Origin: the human T2T-CHM13v2.0 reference genome, Homo sapiens
Direction: 5' to 3' (one strand)
NCBI RefSeq assembly: GCF_009914755.1
Contig: NC_060937.1
Length of the DNA: 64,000 bases
Shown here piece by piece: positions 38,446-53,136 of the stretch. A program made the translations under genes and the position numbers. The notes beneath the pieces are model-generated. The model was not told where the DNA came from, did no database searches, and saw nothing but the letters and a program-made list of their open reading frames with translations. Position 1 is the first letter of the stretch. Every line of letters starts with the position of its first letter.

Positions 38446-38459
38446 GTTGCCATGGAAAC
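38446..38459. promoter_or_regulatory. RFX X-box motif GTTGCCATGGAAAC
   Basis: Full match to the RFX dimer consensus GTTNCCATGGNAAC. Binding is not shown. Confidence 0.55.
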
Positions 38460-38488
38460 ACTGACTGTTGAGCTGCACCATCTCATAC

Positions 38489-38562
38489 CTTATCCAATAC
38501 ATTCCTGGTTGCTGGTAGTAGTCCAAAGACCCTGATCTCTTGATGGTAAACCCGTGGTCCAG
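38489..38562 (-). CDS. DCLK1: DCLK1 alternative cassette exon, 74 nt: LDHGFTIKRSGSLDYYQQPGMYWI(R)
   Basis: ctctgctcag|CTG ... ATA AG|gtatga. Length is not a multiple of 3, so inclusion shifts the frame of the last exon. Matches the recalled alternative DCLK1 C-terminus. Confidence 0.94.
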
Positions 38563-41500
38563 CTGAGCAGAGAGAAATGGGGCAACTCAGTGGATCAGCA
38601 TTGTGCTAAAGAATTAAGACTCCAGACCAAGCTGTTCTTCATTGATTCTATATGTATATATAGTTACGATGCCTCTTCTGCAGGGTAACTAGCTAATATC
38701 CTAAGTCTGCATACTGACAACAAAAAGGCAGGAAGTGACACCTCATGACTATTTTGGAGGCCAATTTGCTCAAATAGATCTAGTTCTTCAAACAAGTTTT
38801 TGAATGACCATTTTAATCATGTCCTCTCAATTTCAAAAGATATAAACACCTCTTCATATGCCATAGAATAGAAAATGCTTCACAATTCAATAAAGTACTG
38901 AAATGAGCATTAGCCACTTAAGAGAAAGCAGATTGGACCCCATAGAGTATTACCGCATAAGGCTTAAATTTGAGGGCTTCATAACTATGAAATGAAAGAG
39001 GAAAAGAATCAGGTTTTGAAACCTCATCAATTACAGCATTTAAATTTCTGAGTTAATCTTCAAAAGCAGAGCTACTCTTAAAGGTGAATCTTTTCTTTTC
39101 TTTTCCTTTTTATAAAAGGTATATGATCTAATTAAAGGTGAATCTTAATTACATTTCTAAACTAAGAAGATAGAGTATAAAACAGTCAATAAATTTTCTC
39201 TATGAAAATATGGAAAGTGAAATAAAACAAAAAATAGTTTTCTTTGTATAATAAAAATGCATATGAACAGTTAAGTGCTTTTGATTAACACAAAGTACAA
39301 TAAATAGAAGACAGGAGAAGTTCTCAAAGTTGTTCATCCTGGAATAAGATGTTAGCTTTTGGGTACCTGGGGATAAAAGATTCAATCCCCCAAACCTGAA
39401 GGACACTAATCATGCTGTGTACCCGCTTCCCCATTCTGCCCACGAGAGGATGCGACTTGGACACCTTTCTTCAGAGGGGCTCATGTGTTCTTTCAAGTGC
39501 GTTACTGGTATGATGCTGATGACAGTTTCTGCTTCTAAATTCACAAAGGCATTTCAAAAACATGCCAGGGCACCAGGCATTTAAACTAAAAACTGCTTGG
39601 AGGATTTTGTGCTCTGATTATAAACTAGGCTATCCAAGTGTGCATAAAATGCAATGTGAAGTTTTAATCTTTTTAAAAATGTGTGTTTCATTTTATTGAG
39701 AAAAAAATCAAAGTATACTGGCTCTCAGGAAGATGAAGGTGTATGCTTGGCCACAAAGACAGCTACTTAGTAATTAGCTTTCTATTGCCATCTACAGGCA
39801 AAGTGTCATATAACAGGTCTCATTTTAGAACTAAGCTTCCCAGTGTCACAATTATATGCATGCTGATTAGTATGGATTTGTTCAATTAGACTGAAACGCT
39901 CTATTTGCATGAGCAAAATGCAAAAGAAGAACTTTAAAGCATTAGGAAAATTATTGGTTAAAATAATAAACAGTGTTAAATGAGGAAAAATAAATTGGAA
40001 CTGACATCTTAGTCATCGGTTCTTCATCAAGCTGAGCAAATCTAATAATGCCTCTCTCTCTTCCCTCAGCTCTCAAAAAGTTCACCGTTAAAATGTCATC
40101 TCTAATTCATTTCATGTCTATAAATTGCATTTTAATAACCTTTTGTTTCCCTTTCTCTCTCTCTTTTTTTTTTCAAATCCCCCAACTACTGAGAAAGGCA
40201 GCAGAGGGACAATGGCGTCTCTCTGAGAGGCACAGAATGCTGCAATTCTAAGGAATGCAATGCCTTCCACCTAATCCCATGGCTTGACCTAATGTCAGAG
40301 CACCTTTCCTCCTTCAGGAGGGTGTGTGATCCCTGTGAACCTCCAGCTGGTAATTACTGTCCTAGCCAACTCGAGGCCCTCTTGCGACCTTAATATAAAG
40401 TTGTCATTTGTCCTTTCTTTGGTCCTAATAATGTACAGACTGTGAAGCAGAAGAAAAAAATGACAACATGAACAAAAAACACTACAATTCAGAACATGAG
40501 TACATGTTAAACTACTCTCATATCATAAATTACACCTGTGAGAGAGGCTGCCGGTTATGACAGTATGCTTTTTTCTTTTGTCATTCTAAGAAAGAAAGAG
40601 TGTCACAGATTCTCTGATGAGCATTGGTGATCTCCAGCAGGTAGTTAGGTTTCTAACTAAGGAATGAGAAGTACTAGTTAAAAATTAATTATTTAATTGT
40701 TGATTCCCCAACTGCCACCAAACCACAAACTAACACTATGTCCTAAATAATAATTTTTAAAACATTCTAAAGGGTGTATGTAATTCTAAAAAATTAGTCC
40801 CATGGTAAAGGCGGTTTAAAATACATTATTTTATAGCCTCTGGGGAGAGCGTATATACCTAGGAAAATTCTGTTTGAATGAAATTTATGCTGAAATCAGT
40901 TTTTGTAAATCTATCAAAGAGAAGTCATCACTGTATTATATCAATTCCTGAACTTTTAATGATGTGAGCAAATTAATCATTATATTAAATTATTAAATTA
41001 TCAAATAGTCTTTATAGAATATACCATTTATAAAAAATTTTTCTTCTACCTCCCACTTATTTTGCTTCATAGCAGAATAATCTTTCTTGGCAGTCATACT
41101 TTGGAATATTATTTAATGCCAGGGTTTCTTTTTCTTGTGATAGTCCCCTGATAGTCAGCCTTTGCATTTTAAGAATGAAAAAATGGTTATGCAATATAAT
41201 TGGATGTATCCAGTGCTATTCTGAAAGTATCACAATGAAGGTGGCCAAAATAGCCAGTTTCTAATTCCCAGCCCCACCCTTTGGTTACTGACCTCAGCCA
41301 GGTTCTTCTAGAAGGTAGAGATATTTATGAGGGAAAAGCATTCTGGAGAAGGTGCCTCATGTACATAGTATGGTAGACCAGTTTCTCTTAAAACAATCTC
41401 TGAAATCTACATTGATATTCTCTTTTATGCTTGAAATATTAATGCTGATAGTTAACATATGAATTGTGCTATAGATCTGACAGGCATTTTTTTAAGATAC

Positions 41501-41665
41501 AGTTTTCTGAAACCAGCCAATTATTTTGAATCTGAATTAAGTTGATAATTATTAAAAAAAAAAAAACCTCTGCAGCAGTAAAGATTAAACAAGCATGCAA
41601 CCAATGCATAACTCAGCATTACACAGCCCACTTTACAATTTGTAAGTATATTACCAGTTTGTGCA

Positions 41666-41679
41666 GTTTCCATGGAAAC
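41666..41679. promoter_or_regulatory. RFX X-box motif GTTTCCATGGAAAC (perfect palindrome)
   Basis: 14-bp palindrome matching the RFX consensus. Binding is not shown. Confidence 0.55.
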
Positions 41680-43643
41680 CGTGTTAGTGATGAATTGAGA
41701 AACTTGCATTCAAAATTGCATTCAAAGTGGTCCAATCATGACATTTAGGAAAAAAAAAAGTGGATCTTTGATCTTCAAATACTAATGAGTGTTTTAAGAT
41801 CCAGCTAGATGAGGTTTTAATGAATTCATATGGATAACGCTTCAGAATTTATCCAACTTTGATTAAAATAGGATTTCCCCTCAAATATGTGGTGTTTGTC
41901 AATTGGAAAATTGCCCTGACGTTCCTGCCCTTAGTCATTGTAAGACTCCTAGAATACTGTGAACAAACAAATATTGAGCAACCAAGGCAAACTTAACCAA
42001 AGACTGATTAAAATAAAAGACCAGGAAAAAAAAAGAAAACAAAAGCAAAATGACAGAGGTGGAAAGGCACTCTCTCTAGCAGCTGTAAGCCCTTAGCAGG
42101 AGAAAAACAGTCCCTTTCATGGACAAGCATGCTGGCAGTCCATTCCAAAAGAAAACTGTGGAATCAAATGTTTGGAATAGACATATATCTTGAACGAACA
42201 ATGGAAACAGAGTATAGAATGTCTGGTTTAGTAGAGAATCACTATGATATTGTTGCTTTCAAAACTTACTGACTGAATATCAGCTCAGAACAAAGAACAC
42301 TGACCATCTATGGAAGATGTAAAGGTTAATTTACTTCTACATTGAATTTTCTCAGAAAGAATTAAAGATAGAGGGCAAGAACAACTTGAAATTTTAAAAC
42401 TTCAGCGGCACTGAGGAACATCTGGAAGAGTAGGCATTCCCTTTCACTTTACACATGTGCCAGTTGCTCACACGCATGTAAATCACTATTGAAAGGGTTC
42501 AATCGAGAAACACGAAATGCAAACAGTACGAGGGTGTGTATGCATGCATTCGTACCATTTGCAAATTCTGGAACCTCATATCAAATACTCAGTAACCCAG
42601 ATCTGGGATTGGTGGCATCAAACAGATCACTTGTTTATCTTCAGTTTTTTTTTAGAGCTCTCGCGCAACCAAAAAAGAAAAAAAGGAAAGAAACTAAAAA
42701 CACCCAGAGAAGTGGTTAAATATTCAGTACTGCTCATGAGTGAGAGGTGCTGTTTAATAGCATAAATACTTTTGAAAAAGTCCACATCATAGTGTCTTAA
42801 ATTCTTTGTTTGGAGAAGAAAAACAGCTCAAGTGATTTTCAGATTGAATATGCTATTAAAATTTACACACTCTGAAAAAAAGAGGAAATTATTAAAAACT
42901 CAAGTAATTGGAACTTGAATATATTTACTCCAGAATATGACACCAGGAAGTATGAGGTTTCATTATTCCTCGGCCCAATTTAATCTTTGCCTAGAGCTGC
43001 GATCAAATTGCATGTAGTGTATGTCTGCATGTATAGAACAGAAAAGAAAGGCCTTGTGCAGACGCATCAATAAAATAGTAAATGTTAAAAGACTTTCAAC
43101 TTTAAGAACAGAAATTTCTAAGGAGCAAGACATCGTGACTTCGTTGGGTGTTCACAGTAATTCAATTTCACTGAAAATCTCACTGCGTAGCTTTCTGCTA
43201 TGCTTTGACTTTAATTTAGGTCCAGTATCAAGATCTATAGTGTTCCAAGCTCTCCCTGCAATGTCGTCTCTCTCAGCTTGCCTTTCCTTTCTAGGTCCTA
43301 GCAAAAGGACACTATGAACTCTTTTTCTTAGAGCCAAGAAGTTTGCATTGGCACAGAGTCCAGCATGGGGGAGGTTTTCGGTTTTAAATAAATAAATCAT
43401 AAAATTAATATATACTGCAAGACACCCTGGAGGTGTTGGATAATGATGTGATGCCCAGGGAAATGATCTGCAGAAACACATAATATATATAAGTCCCATA
43501 CCTCCTCTAGTGCATTAAGTGGCTGAGCTGTCTAAAGAAATGACCCATTCTGCTGTCTCTGACTGGAGAATCTCCTGAGTAATGCCTGTCTCTTAGGTGG
43601 GTTGCTTTAAAAAAAGTTATAGGTGGATATTTCAGATGCTTAC

Positions 43644-43757
43644 TGCTATGACAGAAACTCCAGCTGCTGTGCTATTCGGCTTGGGGCCTGTGTTGAAATG
43701 CTTCTTTATCTTTCCAGCTACTGACAGCTGATGTTCATTTTCTGGGAGGCCATCATC
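43644..43757 (-). CDS. DCLK1: DCLK1 tail exon, 114 nt: [38 protein letters not shown]
   Basis: Long pyrimidine tract, then ccag|GAT ... ATA GCA|gtaagc. Phase 0/0. Start of the regulatory/autoinhibitory tail. Confidence 0.96.
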
Positions 43758-45916
43758 CTGGAGAAAAAGAAATAAAGAGAACAGAAAAAGAAAGAAAATG
43801 AGATAAATGAAAAATGAAGGCTAAATCTTCTAGTCACAGGCAGTGATCTTAGAATTCATAAGATGTCAGAAATAAACCAACCAATGTCTACTCATTAAAC
43901 ACTATTGTTGGAAGTACTGCTCCAAGGTCTCATTCATTTCCACATCTGCTCTAAAATTAATTTGCTTTGTGTCATCTGACCCTCAGAGATTTGTCTCTAA
44001 ATTAAAAAAAAAAATTTCTGTTTTTGGTTTCTAATAAAATCTATTCCAACCACGGCTCTAGGAACATGTCAAAAAGCAAGTTAATCTAGACGACCAGAAA
44101 AAAAATTCAATGTGAACATCTTCTTTTTAATTTTTTTTTCCTCTTAACCCATCATTTAGACCCAAAGCCAAGGGTCTTGGATGGCAAGCTTGGGCTTCTG
44201 CATGGCCCATAAATAAACTCAGGCTGTTCCACAGTTACTCATTTGGCCATTCTAAAATTCCAGGCAGCCTTCCAGGCAGAAAGATCTTCCTTAAATTTTA
44301 AGTCTTTCTTGCTGCCTTCAAATCATCTGTTATTATGACATAGTTTATATTGGAGCTTATTTTAACCAAGGTCTCTATTCTCTGCTGGAGCCATCTATGA
44401 CTGAGGCTGGACACATGGTTCTCTTGTACTAAATACTGTTAGAATCACAATAACCAGGGTCATAAGTATGTGCCACCACTTACTAGAGTTCATGATGAAA
44501 AGGCTGCAGGATCCTTCAAGGCAGAGACTGTGTTTTGCTCACTATAGAATCTCCAGGTCTTAGCATAGTGCCTTGGCACATATTAGATGCTCAATTGTGG
44601 AATAAATGAATGAACAGATAATAGAGTGTTTGTAACTCACTGCTAAAAAGAAACTCCTGGCAATCACTTCGATGCCATTCATTATTTTTCTTTTCTTCTT
44701 CCTCTCCATCATTTTGCAGGTAATTTCTTGGTTCCACCCAGGAAAATAAGTCTGCTGTTTCTCAAGCATAATGTGCTGGCTCCTTTTGCACGAGCTGGTC
44801 CCTCCACATGGCATTTGCTTTTTCTTTCAGCATTTGGGCATTCACTTATTCAATGGACATTAACTGCATGCCTACATGGACCAGGTACTACAGTACGTGG
44901 GGGAGAAACGATGGCGAGCAAAGACAGGCATGGGCCCTGCTCTCCTAGACCCTCTGCTCCATTTCTTTTCTTCGTAACTTGGGTCTAACGGGCCTGTTCC
45001 AAGGCATTTATCCCCAAGTTAAGCACAGTCCATTCTAATGGCTTTACTGGAAACCCCCAGCGCTTTTTCATTATATCAATTTGCACTATTTCTATTTTTT
45101 TGGTGTTAGAAACAAAGTGAAATTCCAGTAGAGTGGGGATGCTACTTGGGGAGGGAACAGAAGCAGGGCCACATGAAGTGCCGACCTTGTCAAGGGCTAT
45201 GTTAGGAATAGCAGAGTGTGGGAGGAAGATGTGATCTCTGTCCACCAGAACCTTGCAGGCTAATTGGGAGACAAAACATGCACACACTATGTAAAATCAT
45301 GAAACAGGCCAACAAGATTAAAAGGAGCTGTTACAAGGCTGCATGGCTGGATGGCTCAGCTAGATTCACCAAAGAAGTTCAGAGGAGAAAGGGCATATTT
45401 TCTGGTGTGAACAGTTACAGCTGACGTCATGAGGGATATGGGACTTGACCTGGCCCTTAATGATGGAGAGTGTGTTGACAGGCAGAGAGGAGGTGTGGTG
45501 ATATTTGGTGTGCGGTGTGTGCAAGTGGGAAGCCACAAAGTCATCTCTGCCAAACAAGAAGTCAAACAGTTTGTCTCTAGTTAAGAGTTTATGTGCCATG
45601 GTAATGGCAGAGAAAGCTGAAAAAACAGAAGACTGGCCATAAATGAATACCCAAAAGATCCCAGAATTGAAGCCTTCATCTCCATTAGGAATAGAGCTTT
45701 TTAATAAGAGGACTGTAAGTTTAAGAAATGTGAAGGACTACCTTCCCTTTACTGTGGTATTTTTATAGTACATTATCCAGCTCTTGGTTCACTCTACAAG
45801 TGAAAGAGAAATCAGATGATAATTACAAAGAATTAGGATTATGCGTCCAGAGTTCTAAACACAAGGGTGAATTGAATGGTGTATATAAAAAATGTTTTTA
45901 TTAATATGGTGAATGA

Positions 45917-46248
45917 GGCCAAATGCGGTGGCTCACATCTGTAATCTCAGCACTTTGGGAGGCCGAGGCAGGTGGATCACCTGAGGTCGGGAGTACGAGA
46001 CCAGCCTGACCAACATGGAGAAACCCTGACTCTACTAAAAATACAAAATTAGCTGGGCATGGTGGCGCATGCCTGTAGTCCCAGCTCCAGCTACTCAGGA
46101 GGCTGAGACGGGAGAATAGCTTGAGCCCGGAGGCGGAATTTGCAGTGAGCTGAGACTGCGCCATTGCACTCCAGCCTGGGCAACAAAAGCAAAACTCCAT
46201 CTCAAAAAAAAAAAAAAAAAAAACCAACAACAAAAAACCAACAACAAC
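45917..46248 (+). mobile_element. Alu (AluS-like) with A/(AAC)n tail
   Basis: Full dimer with TSD tggtgaatga. Confidence 0.95.
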
Positions 46249-49200
46249 TGGTGAATGAAACAAAAGGCCCCTGGAATTTAAGTTGGACAATAGCGTTTGG
46301 GAACTAAGTTAGAATTTTTGACAGTTTTTCCACATTTGACAAGGGATAAAATGATACTGAAAGTCTTCTGAATATTAGTATCATGTCTTGGCAGAGTGTC
46401 GGGTTCTGCCAGAATGAAAGGGGCCACCTTGGGTGCTCTACTGGCCTCACCCCCAAGATTACACAAGTACTTCTTACCATCTCTTTGTAGAGTTCCAGGC
46501 TACCTCGGGCAAAATGATCAAATGAGCTTTCAATGATGAGATACTTTGAAAAACATGATTGTGGAGAAGGTTGAGGAAAGGTTTTTCTTTTTAGGATGAA
46601 AGAAACTTGAGCATAATTGTGGTCTTAGGATAAGAAGCTAGTGAAAAGGGAGAGTTGAAAGATACGAGAAAGGGCAGGGTAGGGACGGAGGGTAGAAGTG
46701 AAGTGGTTTGCCTTGGGGAGGTATAGGTTTACCTCTTTCTCTGAGGCAAAGATGAAACAAAGAGGGAACGAGCAGAGGTGCGGGGGAGGGAAGTTAGAAG
46801 AGCACGGCAGGGCGAGGAAGGTGACACAAGTGTTAACTGCTGTTTACATGTATGATCTCTTTCCTCCTCAAACTTCAGTCCATTTATTAGTCCCATTTTG
46901 AACATGGGCAAAATGAGGCTCAGCAAGGTGAATTCATTTGCTCAACGTCACACAGCTAGAAAGTGGTTGAGTCAGCATTGAACCAGGCCTGAAACTCTGT
47001 TCTTTTTCCCACACCAGGTTGCATCAATTGAGGATGCTCACTAGCATGGCATCAGCTACAAAAGGGCTGCTTAACTGATAAATGGAAATACTCAGTGAAT
47101 CATCTTTTCCATGATGAAAGTGGCACAGTGGTGAGGCGGAAGGAGAATTGAATTAGGGGCTGAACAAACCAGAGAATATTTGGACACGACTTAATGGAGC
47201 CTGGGAATCATCTGGTGGTCAATAAAAGAGACGCTGAGCATTTCAGGGACCCAGTGGAACACAGTTAGAAATTCTCTGTCAAGTGGAGACTGGGTGTCCA
47301 CTAATCTGGGATGTGTCAACGTGACCTATTAGGGCCGGGACTCTAGGATCCTATGTGCAGCAAGCAGTGCAGCAAGGCCTGGCTGACACTGGGCAGCATA
47401 GAGTTGCACGGAGCCAACAGGGTTGCCGTATGATCGGCACAGGCTGTGTTTACCAGCCTAGGTGTAAATATGGGGAAAGATAGCTGGGTTTTCGTAAGAG
47501 CAGCCCCTAATTAACTTACTGAGAAAGATTCAGCTCTTGCTGAATAACCCCACCTTCTTTTCACTCCCCACCATTGGCATCTTTTCAGAAACTTGCCTTC
47601 ACCTGGCTTTCCCTCCACTGCCAGTTCTTGAGCTAGGAGTTTGCTCTCCAGCCACCTCACAATGGATTTCCTTATCATTTCCCAGCCCTGTCCTGGTCCT
47701 AATCTCCTGTCAAGGTTCCTAGCAACTCTTTCAGATACTGGGGCCTGGAGGTGAAGGCCTCCAGCTTTAAATTCCAGTGAAGGTTTGAGCTTCCCTTGGG
47801 TTATTAGTTCACATTGAAGCAATGCAAGTAGCGAAACAAGTTGTCAGAGAGGCTTTTGACTTCATAAATCTTAAAACGTTCTAGGATTTTTTTCCAATGA
47901 AATAAGGTGTCTCAGCTGGAGTAGGTAAAACACATACATGTAAACACACACACACACACACCCCATGACAATGAAAAAGTCTGCAGTGTTTTTATATAAA
48001 TTTTGAAGGTTTTCAGCATAATTGGATAAAAAGACTTAAACAATTGGCTTTGCAGGGCTCTAATCTGTACCTGCGCCATACAGATGGATGATAGAGATTT
48101 AGCTAACTTACTGTCATGCATCAATAAAATAAATAGGGACGTTAAAAACATAAATTTATATATATACATCTTTATCACCATTATTCAGAATAGATTATGT
48201 GCCAAAAATGTGCTACGAATTTTCTAAACGTGACAAATCTGGCAGTATTTTACAAATAGTTACGGTATTATTACCATACGTTCTGGTTTGGTGGTAGTTT
48301 CTGAAGTTCGACACAGGCTGGTTGTGGTTTGAGGTTAGTAGTTTTTGATTTAGAAATTCCCATCCACCACTTGGCAGAGCATTGCAACTGACACGAACAA
48401 AATTAGTTTGCAAAATGGAAAATGAACTCTCACCACTGTCCATAGGAGACCTGGCCTCCTGGTCTCCATTTCTCTAGGGGTTACTGGGGAAGAGCTGTGG
48501 GGAGGCTTGTGGGGGAACGGATGTGAAGTCACTCTGTAGTGTAGAATTCCTCGCTTTCCTCTGGGAAACCATTTCAGGCGTCATGCTTTAAAAAATTCTC
48601 ATCCCCTTGCGGATTTTTGGTTTTGAATCATGGATCTGGTTTGCAGTCTATTCATTGCCAGACTCCATTATTAATATCTGTAAACTCAGGGGAAGCATGG
48701 CAGTCTTGAGCAGTTTACTGCTAAAATATTCCCACGTAGTTTAAAACCATTCCAAGGTTATTAAAGGACTCTTCAATAGCAGTTCCGCTGCACCTCCCAG
48801 TGTGCTTGACTCCTGTTAACCATCCCCACCTGCACGGCACCCCCAGTCCCCTTGACTCTCTTCAGCATGGCCCTATGATTCTCTGTCTACAATTCACACT
48901 GCACTTTGGGAGAAAATGTAAGGCAAGTTGAGATTTATCTTAGAGCAAGGACAGGATAAAATGCCCATATGGAAACTGCAATTCCATGTCATCGTTTAAA
49001 ATTTGTGAATATCAATAAGTGGTTTTATATATTATTGCAGTGTCATTGGGCTTCACTTAATTGCTAACAAATTCTACCAGCACAATAAGATGAATGTTTA
49101 CATTTTTGTGTGTGTGGGTAGGGCTGAGTTTTATTAGTCAACATGGAATATCTTGGGAGATTATCCAGGCTTCTATTTTTTCTTCTTTCCCTTGTTCTTT

Positions 49201-49357
49201 TTTTCTTTTTGGATATCTGGACTTAGCAGAATCTTTTCAAAAGAGTATGTAGGTGGGATATAGGAGGTAAACTAAAGTGTAAAGGCCAGGAAGGTGATAG
49301 AAAGTCTTGAATTGGCTAAATAACTGTATTTGATTTATTTAAACCAGTCTGTTCTGC

Positions 49358-49485
49358 TAGTACCAAAGTTCTTGAACTTCATTTCATGTTATAATCATCT
49401 GTGAGCTTTTAAAAGTCCTGATGCCAGGAAGCCAGTGCAAACCAATTAAATCAGAATGTCTGGGGGCAAAACCCAGGCATCAGAC
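49358..49485. mobile_element. MER5A-like hAT fragment
   Basis: aatcatctg..ttttaaaa..ctgatgcc..ccaattaaatcagaat..ctggg..cccaggcatcag. Confidence 0.65.
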
Positions 49486-49494
49486 CTGTATTAG

Positions 49495-49842
<348 letters not shown>

Positions 49843-50974
49843 TAATCTATTAAATTGGCAAAATAATTTGATGTAAAACATAGATTCATAAAATTATAGC
49901 ATCCTAGAGTATCAGAAGAATAACTCGGGATAAGGTAGATGAGCATTTTGAAAATAAAAATGGAATGACAGCAATATATTTAAAATATCACAATGATGAT
50001 AATTTGATCCTAATTATATATAAGAATTTTTTTCTGGAAATGTCAATTCTGTTTATGAACTTATCATGAACCTACATTTTCTATCAATAAACCGTCATTT
50101 GTGGGGAAAGTGACTCAACCCCCTTTCTAATTCCTGGAAAGGTCAAGATATATTATTGCCTATTTTATTCTTATATTATAATAAATGTGCCTAAATCATA
50201 TTGTTCTCCACTAGATGGGTAATAGGGTAAGGAAACATAGTTGGGATAATTTTGTTGGTATTTTGTAACTACATTAAACAAAGTAGCTGTGATGCTGGAG
50301 AAAGTAACAGAGCTGGTGATACACATATTATCTATCTGGATCTGTGACACACAAACAGGATCATGTTGGGGGATGACAGTCTTTCTTCCTTAATCAAGCT
50401 TCTCATTCACCAACATTAATCACAATTTGCATTTCATGAGCACATAGCAATGGATGAAACAGTTGTCATCTGGCTCAGACTCAAATTCACCAAATATTTG
50501 CTAAGTACCTACAAGGTGCTAGGACTTAAGATTGCCCTCTCAGACTCTTCAACTATATGATCCTTTTCCCATCCTTATAGCAAGTGGAGAGGAGAATCCT
50601 ATTTTCTCCATTTCACAGATAGGAAAACAGGTTTAAAGGAGAGAAAAGACTTGCCCAAGGTCACACAGGTGAGTAAGCTGATGCTCCTCCCGTGGGTCTA
50701 CATTCCTCTTCCAGACGTGGCTGCTTACTGACGATGGCTTTGTTCATGTGGCTCATTGGAACCATCCATAGAGAGGCCTCGCTCATGACTCTTTCAACAA
50801 CAGAGCAAAGGGCAAGAATACGGCAGAGCATGGTGGGATTTGGACCCAGGACGTGTGAAAAATAAAGGTGAACTTAGAGGAAGCTCCTGGATGAGGTTAA
50901 AACAAGTGACTTTTGCGGAGTAGGTTTTCCTTTCTGCTGCCCTATGCTTTACTGTCTATTTTATATAAGTCTAC

Positions 50975-51356
<382 letters not shown>

Positions 51357-52384
51357 TAGAGAAAATTAGAACTAATGAGAGCAGAGAAAGTGCTTTTTGA
51401 CAACGTCCTTACGGTTCACATAATTATTAGTACTTTTCTTCCCCCTTCTCTCCTTTGTGGTAATCAGATATAATTTGATTGCCAAATGCAAAATGTCTTA
51501 CTAAATGGATATTCTTTGAAATCCCTAATTTATTTATTTCATTTGCTTGGCCATTCATTTGTTGTACTTGGAGACATCAACAAATGCTAAATGCTGATTG
51601 TGAAAGCTTACTTTTAACAATTGATTATTTTCAGATGAAGAAAAAATCCGTTTTCTGATTTAGTTACTTCATAAAGATAATTTCAAAAGTTAAGCACTCA
51701 CTTAATCGAGTCTTTAAAAAGCTTTTATTAAAACCATTTTTTTTTCTAGGATGGTAAGTCTGTTTGAATTACAGAAAGGGTATTTTTTTTTTTAGTTTTC
51801 GATCTCCTAGATGATTACTTAAATTCTCTCCCTGCTTTTAGAAAATGCCTGTAGGAAATCAGAGAGGAAAAACTGAAATGGACAGCAGAAGTCTAAGGTC
51901 CAGAGGGAGCAATGGAACATAATTATCAGCAAAGTGGGACCATGTGTAAAACTGTGCACAAAACCAGGTAGAAGAGGCAGAAAGTTACTGCTGAGACACG
52001 TATATATTGCCATAATGAGCAACCTGTTTTTTCACTGGTAACAGCCAGAAGCCTTCTTAATTTTGTTTCTTTACCACAGTTGAGTTGGGATATTATTAAT
52101 ATAGGGCCATTTGGTCTGGAATCAGGGGAAGATTCATGTCGTTCCCAACAGCATTCCAGACCCCTCATGTATATAAACAAATTTGCTCACATTTACAAAG
52201 TTATCTTCTAGCAAACATGCACATTCTGCTGGAACTGACTGTCAGATATCTTCTTCCCAGTCTTCTCCAGGATTGAGCTCTGGCACCTCCTTCTCTGGGC
52301 TCTGGGAAGTCTCCCCACAGAGCAGACTGGGGAAGCTGTTCTCACTACCCTGGAACTGTCTGGTTGTATCAGACTTTGTTCCTA

Positions 52385-52642
<258 letters not shown>

Positions 52643-52790
52643 TCACCTATGAATATCTTTCCTCTATGGCTCTTCAGGAGCCTTTTAAGGCCACATGTCA
52701 AATTCAGATTGTCTAGTTTCTTCTGTGTGGTCACCCTGTCTCAGTTTCTCCAGAGCTAATATGCAATTTGACAATTTATGGATGGTAAGC

Positions 52791-53136
52791 TTTTATTTTT
52801 TTTCTTTGAAATTTAAAGAAAAAATTTATTGAAGATCTGAAAAACAATTCCTAAAAGATCAACTTTTCCAGAAAACTAGCTACACAACGCATTACGTCTA
52901 TCATGTTAAAACATGCATTAGACACAAATACAAAAACCATGAAAAAAGCCACCATTCTACAACAATTTGAGCAAAGATAAAATGCCTAAATAACAACAAG
53001 GATGACTTGCAAAGGATGAGCTCTTTAAGCATCATTAAAAAAAAGTAGCACAAATGGATGAGTGTGTTCAGTTATATACACTGAATTGAACCTTTGGCAC
53101 TAGGAATCAGAGCATTTTGTCATACAGCATTAACAT
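52791..53136 (-). pseudogene. 5'-truncated processed retrocopy of an mRNA 3' end, resembling the HNRNPA3 3' UTR
   Basis: On -, non-TE sequence ends ...ttcagatcttcAATAAAttttttctttaaatttca followed by an A tail. It resembles the recalled HNRNPA3 3' end. Parent identity is from memory. Confidence 0.7.
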
